Source of the DNA: Macrostomum lignano
Lineage: Eukaryota
NCBI GenBank assembly: GCA_002269645.1
Contig: NIVC01002333.1
Span: 1 to 64,000, forward strand
Length of the DNA stretch: 64,000 nt
Direction of reading: 5' to 3'
The notes beneath the pieces were generated by a model, which saw only the letters and a program-made list of their open reading frames with translations, was not told where the DNA came from and did no database searches. This document shows, piece by piece, positions 13,511 to 25,110 of this stretch (the first letter of the stretch is position 1; every line of letters starts with the position of its first letter). The position numbers and the translations under genes were made by a program.

Positions 13511-16389
13511 TGCACAAACTTCATACAGAGATGTGCAACTGCTGACACAAAGGTGAACGACAGAATGAAAACTCGGATGCGACTGCCACACCATGCGAGC
13601 GGGTTTTTTCCCTTCGAAACCATATAATTAACTTAATGCACAATAATCATGAATATTATTCAAGCTCCCCAGGTGTCTAAGAATTTTTTTGCCTATGATA
13701 AATTTCTCAGAAGCACAGCACTTAACTTCCCTGGCAACAGGACAGAGCAGCACTCGCTGTGGATCCTGCTGGGACCACTCTGGAGGCTTCATCCCAAGTC
13801 GCAGTCTCCAGCACAAGTTCTCGAACTCGCGGCAGTGCTCACTTGAGTGCCTTCTAAAGTTTTTTCTTCTTTCGTTTCCACTTGCCACGCGAGGTGTGAA
13901 ATTTGCGCGGCCACTTTGCACCAAAATTCTTCAAAAGAGTTTTCAAACGCCAATCAGGCCCAGTCCATCTGGGACTCTATTCCATTTTAAGTGGTCAGTT
14001 TTTCGGTCAATTTGAATTTTCGAATTATTTCGCACGATAAGAGAGAGAGAAAATGAATTATGAGGAATTATTATTATTATAGTATCTGGGCAATCTGACA
14101 CACCGGGGGGTCCCACGTGGTCACCAGGCCCCTCGAGGAGTTCTTTCTGTCATTCTTTTACGGTGAAAAATCTACTATCAAGCTGTTACTATTAATTTAA
14201 AGAAATGTAAAAGGCAAATGTTTGTTTAATTAGGAGGATGCAAAATGCATTGGGCGAGATGGAAGTTGGATAGGCGCTTAAGTTTGGTCTCAGAAGCCCA
14301 GAGTGAGAGACACTGCAAATTTAGTGCTATAGAAAAAGCTGGTGCAAAAAATCAGAAAAAGCAGAAGACTGAAAGCAACACGGACACAGGCCAGTCTTAA
14401 GTCATCAGCAACATGAGGAAGCCGCGCCTACTCTACAGGGCTATATGCATTGTGCGTCCCGCATTATCGCTTCCCATCGGCGCACCAGAGGAGCTGCACT
14501 TCCTGCCTCCTTGATCCCTTCAAAAATTGTTGTGAGCGAGTGCGGCTCACAGCCCGCAGGGGCAATCGGGGATGGGGGGGGAGTTGAGCATCGCGGGGCC
14601 ATTCAGCGGCACGCCTGGAAGAGAGCGCGAACTGGCCCAGTTTTTTTCTTTCTTTACCCTCCTCCCTCCCTCCTGTTCGCGTCAAGCAAAGAAGAATAGG
14701 CCTGGAACAGGGGGGAACCCGTGTTGAATTGCCGAGAGACCGGGCAGCCCAAGGCTCAAGAATCGCTTCAGTTAATTCGGTTTATAGTCATGCCAGTCGG
14801 GACCGGCTGCAGCACAAGTGCTCAACATGCTCCGGAGGGTTTATTGAGGAATAAAAGAGGAAGGGGGTGGCAACCGGAAGGTGGCTTGTCCTGGAGGGGG
14901 TGCCGGTGCCTCTCCGGCGGGATATTCAGGGGAACGCGCTGAGGACAAGAGCGGGCGGGAGGGGTTGGGTCCGTGGTTCCGGATGCTGCAAGACCTGAAG
15001 GGTCCAAATCCTGGGAAGTTGAAAGGGGGTTAGAGAGGAGCAGGAAGTGGGTGGCTGCGGCCAGAGCTACAAGTTGACGCAGCCAGTAGGGCTCTGTGAT
15101 GGATTCAATTGACGGCGGAGCTGCAGCAGGTAAAGCATTGCTGAGTGATTAACGGTCCAACACTGAAATAGCTGCAGGGAGAGGCCTGTCCTTGAATTGA
15201 AGAGACGGACAGAGCCTGGCGGGGTTGTTCAGCACAACAAGTCTTACACATTGTCAGCACAACCGGTGCGTGCTGTCGCTCTCAGCCTCTCACCAATCGG
15301 AAGCATCAACAGCACAGCCTGCAGCGGTGCGTGATGGCCTACACAGGCCGCGCTCATAGAGAGAGCTCTGATTGTAGGAGCAAGAGGGGAGAGAAGTGGT
15401 TTTGGGGAAAAAACTGACTACTTCATACAATACTGAGTGTGTGGACTGAAATGCTTATAGCGGCCTGGCTGACAGAATCTGCTGCTTCGAAGGTCGAGAC
15501 GGTTGAGTTGAGGCGCGTCAATTCAAACACGATTACTCCATTAAGGGTGTTTCCGGCGCAGGCAAGAGCCTGTCCCTTGCATTGCTGGTCTGCTGCAGTA
15601 TTTGAGAAGCGAGGGAAGCGCAGGACAGGCAGGAGTGTTGATAGCCGAGAGATACGGGTGAGCAAGTTGTGTAATTCAATTCGCCCGGGAAAAGCAATTT
15701 TTGAGTGGCCATGCAGCTCTCGGAATCCAAAACCGTCTCTAACCAGGGCGCTGCTCTCTGCCCACTTGTCGTTATTTGCTTCTATTTTATTGCTTGAGCT
15801 GTGCCAGAATTCACAATAATGCTGCTCCGATCAAACTGTCAGACAAATGAATGGCGAATCCCTGGCAATGTCTGGTGAATTTAAAATAAAGCAATTAAGT
15901 CACAGGACATAAAAACCGCAGAAATCGAATTCATGTTAAAGTTTCCACTTTTCAAAATGTATTTGTACTTTTTTGATGGGATAATGAAGCTTTGATTGTA
16001 TAACATGACATTAATATTGTAAGAGAGTAGATGAAGTTTGTAAACCGCGTTTCTTTTCGGCTGTATCCGAGCTAGCATGAAATATCATAAGCAACAATAA
16101 GCTATTACTACTCAATTGCGCTACTAACAGTAAGATAGAAAGCACATTGAGAATGACATTTTTGAAGTGTAAATATTTTTAATGATTTTTATTGAATGTT
16201 CCGTCAGGTAATTTTTTTTTCATCACTAAACATCAGATTTAATCAAATAAATACATGAAACTTTTACAATAGTATACAGTCGAAATTTAAAAGCATGTTT
16301 TCGTTTTCCACCACTTCCCTCCGTTTTCCTTACCTCAACCTCCGCTCTTTTATTCGAAATCACTAAAATGCAACGCGTAACAATTAAAT

Positions 16390-16515
16390 TTCCCCGCCCG
16401 CGAGCCATTTCTACCAAGTCACATGAAATCCTGATTTTCCCCACTCCTTAGCCGCGGGCACCCACCCCTTTTTAGTAGCCAATCATGGTACGACTAGGCA
16501 GGTGACGTCATTCGG
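16390..16515 (+). promoter_or_regulatory. Promoter-like motif cluster (GC box, CCAAT, CRE)
   Basis: CCCCGCCC near 16393, CCAAT at 16479-16483 and the TGACGTCA palindrome at 16503-16510. No linked CDS was found. Confidence 0.3.
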
Positions 16516-17805
16516 TTGCTTGGAGACGCCGATCAAGGCACTTCAAGGTCGAGCGCATGGGACGTATCTCGTCGACTCGTGGGACACCCATGCACGCTTG
16601 ATGATTTATCAAGATGATTTATACAACCACCGTCCGTCTCTTCAATAAAAAAGAGTAAAAACAGACGCAGTTTTGCGGGTTTAGAGCAAGTGGTGCCATC
16701 TGTTGAAAATGCTGACGGCGCGTGTGATGACGGAATGCTTGAGAGATAGCTGAGGATTTCCAGCAGTTATAGGGTTTGCCCACCGTCGAGGCCTGATCAG
16801 CGAAACTAGAGAAATTCGCAACAGGTGTCTATAGTTGCACTTGGTGCGGGTATGGCCATTGGTCTACATGTACAAGTAAGTAGTCCTCCATGCACCAGCC
16901 GACGCAACTATTGAAGAAAGTCTGGTGGGACTTTCCGACCGGCGATAAGCAAATGGTATTACAGTACTAGTTTTAAAATCTCTAAACCACTCCAAGTCCT
17001 AGTAGGTTTGTCAGAGACTAAAACTTATTATTCGTATCGCAATTATATTAGTTTTAGGGCCTGGCGGCTAAGATTTTCTGCGCCAGAGTCTGGATTCAGT
17101 GCGCTCTAAAGGATCGCACAATCAAGTTACACCCTGTATATCCCACAATACTAAAAACGGTTTGTCCGTATCTATTTCTTTGTGAGATTGATTTCAGAAA
17201 AATTATCATTTAAATTTCTACTTCTAGGAAAGCAGTCTACACGATAATTTCGAATCGACTTTAAAAGAAAAAACAAAACTTAAAGCTTGTGTCATTTATT
17301 TAAGTGTTTCAACACTTCTAAGGGTATAAGACAGCAAAAATTAAAAATATTTCTGATCTTCATAGGAGTACCAAACGGATATGATAAGCTTTCTTGCTCT
17401 TTTTTCTTGGATTTTTTACGTGTATCTCAGCAATTTATATTTGAAACTGTAACTGTCTTATCTCGATTAATTGTTTTGACGAAAGGGACTACGTTTAATT
17501 AATTTTAGGCCTATCTTTCATTCGTTGGATGTAGGCCAAGCCCCTAGTAAATATTATATCGCATGTAGGAAAATGTTGAAACTATTTACTTAGAATTTTT
17601 TTTGGTGCAATGTGATAGAAAACTGTTGACCTCTCATGCTTATGTAATGTAGATAGTCTAGTATAGGCTAAGAATTTTAAAAAAAATTCTGTAATACATC
17701 GTGTTACGATTGGCTAATGGCTCAGGCTTGCCAGAGTCAAGTTTTTATATTATTCTAATTCTCTGTAATTCTAAGAATATCCTAATTCTTAATTATCAAT
17801 AATAT

Positions 17806-18227
17806 CAGTAGTGCAACAATAATTTTTTGAGAGGAGGGGGCATATTCTGGAGGGTAAAGACCTGGGAGGGGGGCGGAGGGGTGGCTCAGTGGCGCAACCA
17901 GGGGGGGGGCGGGGGGGCAGTCGCCCCCCCCTTAGGCGGGGGACCGAAAAAAAATCAAAGGGGGGACCAAGCGAATTTTCGCCAAAAACAGAGCTACCCC
18001 TCTGCCGCCCCCCCTCCCGGGACTTTACCCTCAGAATCCGCCCCCCCTTGAAAAATTTCTGGTTGCGCTACTGGGGTGGCTTTGTTTTGGTGAAAACTCG
18101 CTTGGTCCCCCCTTTGATTTTTTCCAGCTTTCTACCTAAGAGTAGGTGATTGCCCAGCCTCCCACATCCTACCCCTGCCCCCCATGCCATGTCCCACCTT
18201 TGCCCCTACCCCTTGGTTGCACCACTG
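17806..18227. mobile_element. hAT-like MITE (outer element), interrupted by a related MITE
   Basis: TIRs CAGTAGTGCAAC / GTTGCACCACTG (11/12 match). Flanks AATAATAT / GACAATAT are a degenerate 8-bp TSD (6/8). Confidence 0.6.
17887..18073. mobile_element. hAT-like MITE, 187 bp
   Basis: TIRs CAGTGGCGCAACCAG / CTGGTTGCGCTACTG (14/15). Exact 8-bp TSD GGGTGGCT at 17879-17886 and 18074-18081. Confidence 0.88.
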
Positions 18228-18523
18228 GACAATATTGACAATGAATGCCAATAGGACACTATCATGTCATTATCATTGATTTTGTTGTCAAACAATATCA
18301 TGACATTTTTTATGTTTTATTTTTAAATTTTTTAAATTCAAATTTAGTCTTCTAGTTTAGGAATAGGGCCTAATAAAAAACTCAAAAAATTCTTTCTAAA
18401 AGAAATCTTAGTTTTAGGACACTAATATAATAGTCAAAATGGTTTTTCAACTTGTAGTTTTATAATTAATAAATTTTTAGACAATAATCTAGACTCTAAC
18501 TTTTTCTGAAGTATAGATAGACT

Positions 18524-20526
18524 GGCTTCCAGACAATCTGGCGACAAGGTGATCCAGCGACAGACAATCTGGCGACTGTCAATCTGGCAACAGACAATCT
18601 GGCAACAGATATTAAATCAACATATATTAGCATATATACGGATTAGTTGAGCTACTATTTTTAGCTCTTTGTACTTGTACTTAAATACTTTAATAACAAT
18701 TACTTAAACTACAATTGTTGCAGTTATTATTGCTGTACTTATAGCTGTTGATTTTCAAAATGTCATTTTCAAAGAAAGCTATCCCTATAAAAATAGGCTT
18801 AGCTTGTTTTTTATCGCGAATTTTTCTAGATGGTTTTAGCTAATATTTGTATTAATCCAAATATACTTAATTTCTTTCTAAATACAATTTTATCAATTTA
18901 ATCTGGGAAGCAAATTTGTAATGACTATATAATTTAATATTGTGAATATTGTATTTGCGACAGTATTCAAGAATTGAAGAACCAAAAAATTGCCATGCTA
19001 AAAATACTATTCCATTTAATGTAACAAATGCTGCATGGCTAAGATATGTAAAATCATTGTTGAGTAAGGATTTTATCACAAAGCGTCACAAAGAATTTAA
19101 TAGGAAATGCACATGTTTAAAACATAAAAAAGTAGGAGTTAAAAACAGCAGTAAAACAATTAACAACCAGTAAAAATGAAGACAATAAAAGCAGCCTAAT
19201 CAGTCATCTCGCACCACTAGTTGCAGGCACGTTGAGTTTGCTGCACGCTTGCAGCAGCTGTAGCGCCAAGCGCTCACCGCATGCGTACTCTGCCCACAGC
19301 TAGAAGCACAGTTTCTGTACACGTTGGTACATGCTGCACTGCCTTCGACGCTGTACGCCCTGGCGGATCAGCCTCACTTCCATTTCACATGCATGACTTT
19401 CGTCATGCAGCAAATTTACAAGTAGGTAAAATTGCAGGCGTCTGCGTTGCGCATGACGATTAAGCTGTCGATGCCAGCCCTCGGTGTCATTGTTTGTGCG
19501 TACTGCCTGCTGGTAGACGCTAAGGTCTGCCACCTGCCAAACAGCACTCCGCAGCCATGTATCATGTACATAATCAAACAGAGTGTTCAGATCTTTGCTC
19601 TGGATGTCCGCTCTCAGCCTAAAGAATGTATGGGTGATGACATCAGCTGGGAGAAAGGGCAGCGCCATCAGCTGCCTGCAGACGTCTTGTGTGCCTTCGT
19701 CTGCACAGTACGCCTGCTGCAGTCCAAGTGCCTGGATGTGCCACCAGACAGCCTGCAAATGAGCGAGTTCTATTATAGAATCCCATATGGGATGCCCCAC
19801 CCATTCTATTACTATAGCTATATACCTGCGAAAATTGAAAACTGCAGCTGCAAATGGCCACGCCAGGGTAGGCTGCTCTCGCTGCCTGCCACACTGCGGC
19901 CTCAAAGTCGAGCACGATGCTCCGTGGAGCCACATGTGGGAGTGCTGCCTTCAGTTCCACAAAAACGAGGCTGTAGTCGTGGCACTGTTGACCACTCATC
20001 AGCGCAAACAGCACAGGCACTTGCTTAGTGTTGTTTATGTTGCTTAGTGTTGCTTAGTGTTGTTAGTGTTGTTCAGTTGTGTTTAGATTGGCAAATGGGG
20101 TTTATATTTATATGTACATGCAAAAAAGCAAATAGTGTAGAATATAATATTGGATCATAGTCATACAAATTTGATTTCCAAGCAGATTTAACTGATAAAA
20201 TTGTATTTAGAAAGAAATTAATCTAGAAATTAGCTAAAATGATCCAGAAAAATTAGCCGGCGAAACAACCTTTCTTTGAAAATAACATTTTGAAAATCAA
20301 CAGCTATGTACAGCTGTAAAAATAAAACTGCAAAAATTATAGTTCAGGTAATTGTTATTTAATTATTTAAGTATTACTAAGTAATAATAAAGAGCTAAAA
20401 ATAATAGCTTAACTATATGCTGATATATCTTGATTTAATATCTATTGCCGGATCATCTGTCGCCGGATTGACTGTTGCCGGATTGTCTGTCGCCAGATCG
20501 TCTTGTTGCCAGATTGACTGGATACC
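18524..20526 (-). mobile_element. Mutator-like (MULE) DNA transposon, non-autonomous deletion derivative
   Basis: Imperfect TIRs of ~370-400 bp (18524-~18930, ~20157-20526), termini GGCTTCCAGACAATCTGG / CCAGATTGACTGGATACC, exact 8-bp TSD GATAGACT. Internal frameshifted transposase at ~19300-20020 has SIVLDFEAAVWQA, a degenerate CxFHF region (CSCSFQF) and RTNNDTEGWHRQLN. Confidence 0.92.
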
Positions 20527-21781
20527 GATAGACTTGTAACTAATATTAATGATCTCTTATCTTTGACTATTATCTTTGGCAAATATCTTTGCCTATCTCT
20601 TGACTATGTCTTTGAACAATTGGTAAATTAATTTAATGACTTAATAAACTTGGCATTCTTTTATATTACAAACAGATACTATTTTTTGTATGAGAATTAG
20701 ACTTATTATTTGATCTTTAGTAAAAATGCCTCAGGCCTATTGTTTCTTAAAATAAATTTAAGAGTCATAGAAAGCTTAGTATCAGATTTAACTTATATCT
20801 TTACAAATTTAGCCTATATGTTTTAGTTTTATTATAGAATCCCTTCAATAGAATTTATAAATTAAATATATTCTATAATAAGAAAGAGTTATAAGATAAA
20901 AATCAAGTATATAGTATATATAATAATATATAAAAAACCAAACTTGATAGAAAGCATATATTGGATTTAGGTAATAATCATTTTGTCAATTGGCATTTTG
21001 TTAACAAGTTGACAAAGTTATAAAAGTGTTAGGATGACTTTATTGGCAGTTAACAAAGTGACCAATAATGAGGGACTAGGGTATTCCCATTTGCTTATTG
21101 ACAAAATAGCCAAAGTTTTTATTATATCAGTGATATGTATCTAATGTAACTGCATAGTCATTGCTATTTATAATAATTGTTATTAGTGACATTATTTTAA
21201 TAATTATCTTATTTAATTTAATTTAAAACAATAAAATTTAGCATTCAATTTTACTAGTATTACTGTATATAGGTAAAATGTTCCAATGCTATTTTTTATA
21301 CAAATATATTACCCATGCATATTCAACTCTAATTCTAGCCAATATGTATCCATGTCTTATAAATCTTATATATTTATGCATATGCAACTATATATAAATG
21401 TCTACATGGGTCATTTATCCTATCAAAATTTATTAAGGACTACTAATAGTCTATAGAGTTGAGAATATTTGTAAGTAGTATAGCAAAAAATATTGAAGAT
21501 CTATGTAGAGGCCCCAGTCTAGGGTTGCTAAAAATTGGTAGACTATATATATCTTCAGCTTCAATTCCTATCTTTCTATCTTGCTATGTGCAATCAACCA
21601 ATTTTTGCAAGCTGATCTCTTGCAACAAATCTTGATACCTAGTATTGCTCATGGAGCATCATGCATAATTTATACACATCATGCCATATTAGTTCATTTC
21701 ACTCTGTCACTAAAGTTTTAAGCCAATATTAAGTCATTTTACATATGAGAAGTAAAAAAAGGAGATTGCTAGCATTTTCAT

Positions 21782-21827
21782 TAGAACGACATGTTTCGCC
21801 TAACTTTAGGCATCATCGGGCATTCTA
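21782..21827 (-). ncRNA. Degenerate minimal type I hammerhead ribozyme motif (Penelope-like relic)
   Basis: Minus strand reads CCGATGA-T-GCCTA-AAGT-TAGGC-GAAA-CATG-TC. The core carries U4C, stem III is the palindrome ACATGT, and stem I is bulged. Confidence 0.5.
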
Positions 21828-21912
21828 CATATATACTATGCAAGGTTGGTAACCCTCTTCTATGCATTCTTGACTCCTACAAAGTATCAAAATAGCAAAC
21901 AGCAATATAGTT

Positions 21913-22170
21913 TTTTATTTGCAGAAATAGCTAAAAGTCCACAGGGACAAATTAGGGGATTAAGGTAGATGTAGCACTACTTGAATCATGTGTAGATAGG
22001 CATTATCATGGTGTAAGAACCAGCCACTCATTGTTGACTATATAGCCTTGCTCTATATAGATCTTGTGTGTAGACAAGACCCTGCAAGTAAAAAAAAACA
22101 ATGGCCATTATTTTCTTGGCACTGCTGGATACCTAGGCCTTTGTTGTGGGGGGGCATTGGCACCCATTGA
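21913..22170 (-). pseudogene. Tc1/mariner transposase relic
   Basis: Minus-strand fragments KKIMAIVFF, IEQGYIVNNE, WFLHHDNAYLH and LHLP*SPNLS..DF*LF resemble the mariner motifs KxMxxVFWD, GQTVNxEYY, LHHDNAPAH and HPPYSPDLAPCDFWLF. Stops and indels are present. Confidence 0.65.
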
Positions 22171-23518
22171 CACTTACTGCTTGGACTAGTTCTTGGTTTC
22201 TAGAGTCACATAGTAAAGTCATTTCATTAGCAATAATGATTTGCTGCAAAAAGCCTAGCTCACTGCATTATATAGAAGAAGTATTAAGCATAGCATAATC
22301 AATCAAGTTAAAAGCTATGATTTAATAATTAAAATGTTTGCTGAATGCTGTCAAATTGAGTTTCTATTGACAATTTATTGATTTTTTATTAATAAAGCCC
22401 TACAAGAGAAGCATAAAGTAAAAAAGATAAAACATATAGTTATTTGTCTTTCATTAGATTGATTCTAGAATAATGCAGATGGCACTTACACAGTTGGATT
22501 GGTGGCATGTCTCAGGTTCTGCAAACCCAGACTAATCTCTAGTATTTCTAGAGAATTTTCTATGCAATGGTCATGTTTTAAATTGAGTGCCAAAATGATA
22601 TGACATACATTAAAAAGGCTTGAATAGATGACTCCATCTTCACACAAATTCCCAATAATTGCACTCTAGTCCAATAACCATCTGATACTGATGCTAAAAT
22701 GGGACAATTTTGTAGGCCCTTGGGGCATTTTATGTACAATATATACATATTTACATATAGCTATATAATATATACAATGAATAAACAATGTAATAAACAA
22801 TAAACAATTAACAATTAACAGCAAATAAAGTAGCATAGCAGTATTAAGAAAATCTGACAAGGAGAAAAATTGAAGGGACAATAAGTCTCAAGTCAATGTA
22901 TCTAGTTATACCACTTTCACTTTATATAAAAAATAAAATAAAAATGAAACTCATATTACAAAGTGAGCAGGACAAAACAACTTTTTTAAAACTGCAATAA
23001 AAGTAACAAAGGTTTTTAGAACAATAAACTTACAATGCTTAACAAAAGTGTTATTAATAATTAATATATATACTTATATGAAAGATTTCAATTTTGATAA
23101 AAAGTCCATTTGCTAAGTTTATCTTTTTTGTCTTTTGTAATTTTTAAAGCAAGTATTTTAACTGATTTTACAAGAAATTTTTACCTCTATATATTAAATC
23201 AATTTTATTGGCTTTTAAACTTTATATGTATAGATTATTGCTTGGGGTTATGTAAAATCACTAAAATGTATAATTTATGTTCATTTCTGCTCAGTTTGGA
23301 TACTGTTTAACTGTATTTGCATTCAGCCACTTTTGGCCTAATGATGTTCAGCAGCTTTTTTGGTCACATACAATTTACAGTGTATGGTAGTCCAAAAAAT
23401 TTTTTTTCTAGACAACAATGTTCAAACTTTAGAAAACTAAAAAAGTTGGCTTTAAGTTGCTAAAGTCAATTACGTGGCTCACTATTGCAACACTTCAATA
23501 CAGAGTATTTGCAAAAAG

Positions 23519-23978
23519 GGTTCCTAGTCATTTCGTCATCTGCCATTTCGTCATCTGGGTGTCTGGGGTGCTCACCTCGACTATGGTCACTTCGTCATCT
23601 TAATTAACATGCACTACCTGAAGAGAGTCATTTCGTCATCCACCAATCATATTAGTTCCAACTTCAAGTGAATTATTGTGGCAATTAAATATATTTACTT
23701 GGAATCCTAATGATCCCAGTCATTTTGTCATCTCGATTGATAAAACCTGTTGATCGATCGGTATTGCTTGCCGCAGCTTATAGTTAGGGGGCCTATTAAA
23801 CAAAAAATTATTTTACACTAACTCAAATCATGCATGCACAGATTGATTGGTTGATGACGAAGTATCCAGCATAACTAAATATTTGGTCACTTCGTCATAT
23901 TTTTTTCAAGCTACTTTGCTTCTGGTCACTTCGTCATCCAATATGATGAAATGGAATATGACGATCTGACCAGTGACC
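23519..23978. mobile_element. ~460-bp MITE with GG..CC termini and internal TTCGTCATC repeats (Mutator-like architecture)
   Basis: Imperfect ~37-bp TIRs (GGTTCCTAGTCATTTCGTCATCTGCCATTTCGTCAT vs reverse complement GGTCACTGGTCAGATCGTCATATTCCATTTCATCAT). Flanks GCAAAAAG / GCAAATAG form a 7/8 TSD. Confidence 0.65.
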
Positions 23979-24479
23979 GCAAATAGCACCATGTTTCAAT
24001 TAAATTTAGTCTAATTTTTTATGCTAAATATTTTTTTAATTTAATTTTCTCAAGTCAGTAGCTTTACTTATAAGTAGTATATTAAGCAAATACTGGTTTG
24101 TCTCATCAATTTTCAATTAGAAGAATCAGTTGTTATTTTTAAGCAGGTTTTACATAGTAAAAATAAGAGATGGTGAGGCACATTAAAAGCAGCTGCTCAA
24201 ATTAGAACAGGCATGCAGTGACCGAGGCTAAGACAGAGACCATCTAGGAAGTACAGTGACTGACTGTTGGGCGAGAGATATAATCCTCCGTCTTTCTTGA
24301 CTAGCCCTAATGCTCTCAGAAGACTCAGATTTTGAGCAGGGGGCAGGAGTTTGATTAAGGTCTGCCTTTAACTAGAGCTCGAATGGACAGGGGTTGTCAG
24401 ATGCTACGGGAAGGGGACCTGCTGGAGTGAGTAAAGAGAGGGATGAGGTGGGAGAGGGAAGTACGAGTCCCTGGGTGTG

Positions 24480-24535
24480 TTGGGGATTGGCTGGCAGTGG
24501 CGGGCGTGTTCTCACTGCATGCGCGCCTGATTGCG
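24480..24535 (+). promoter_or_regulatory. Putative ACBD3-like gene promoter
   Basis: Reverse CCAAT (ATTGG 24486-24490), GGGCG and an NRF1-like TGCATGCGCG, followed by a strong donor AAG|GTAAGC near 24772 that suggests a non-coding first exon. Confidence 0.35.
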
Positions 24536-25110
24536 AACAAAAATCGAGTGCAAAAGATGTCGATAAGGCAGACAGAAGCGCGGTAGCCAGGCTTCTTCTT
24601 CCCTTGCTCGTTTTAGTTTTGCATTTTTCACCCCGCGACTTACTCTCCAGCTCCACCCCTCTGGCCTAGCCTGTTTATCACACTAGCCTTCTCTTTTGTG
24701 TTTTCGAGTCATTTTGTTATTCCCAGCTTCAATTGCAGTCATAGGGAGAGAGCTCGGATATTGCAAAGAAGGTAAGCTATATAAAAGTCCCAAAGGGGAA
24801 TTTCCTGTTTTTTTGGGATGAAGGCTTCAGCTTTATTAGAGGCCCCACCCAGCAATTGTTTTTTGCTTTTTATCAGTTTCTTGTTAAATTAGCTGTTTCT
24901 TTGCTACTTTGCTTGTTTGCATGGGGACAGGTGGGGGGACACGCTTTGAAGATTAATTGAACAGAATAACGGGCCTTTTTAACTCATTTCGAATTAATAA
25001 AACCAAAACCTCATATTACTCATTCCAGCACTTCTTTCCAAGGCAGAAGACTAGAAGGCAGCAAAGCAAACAAAAAATCCAAGCAGAAAATCTTGCCAAT
25101 AGCAGCGCAA

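Noticed and set aside
13628-13924. Possible retroelement RT fragment (VKCCASEKFIIG..LG)
   Set aside because: Too little motif match and no neighbouring RT or integrase motifs.
15439-15819. 126-aa ORF with a donor-like GTGAGC near 15659
   Set aside because: No recognisable domain and no partner exons.
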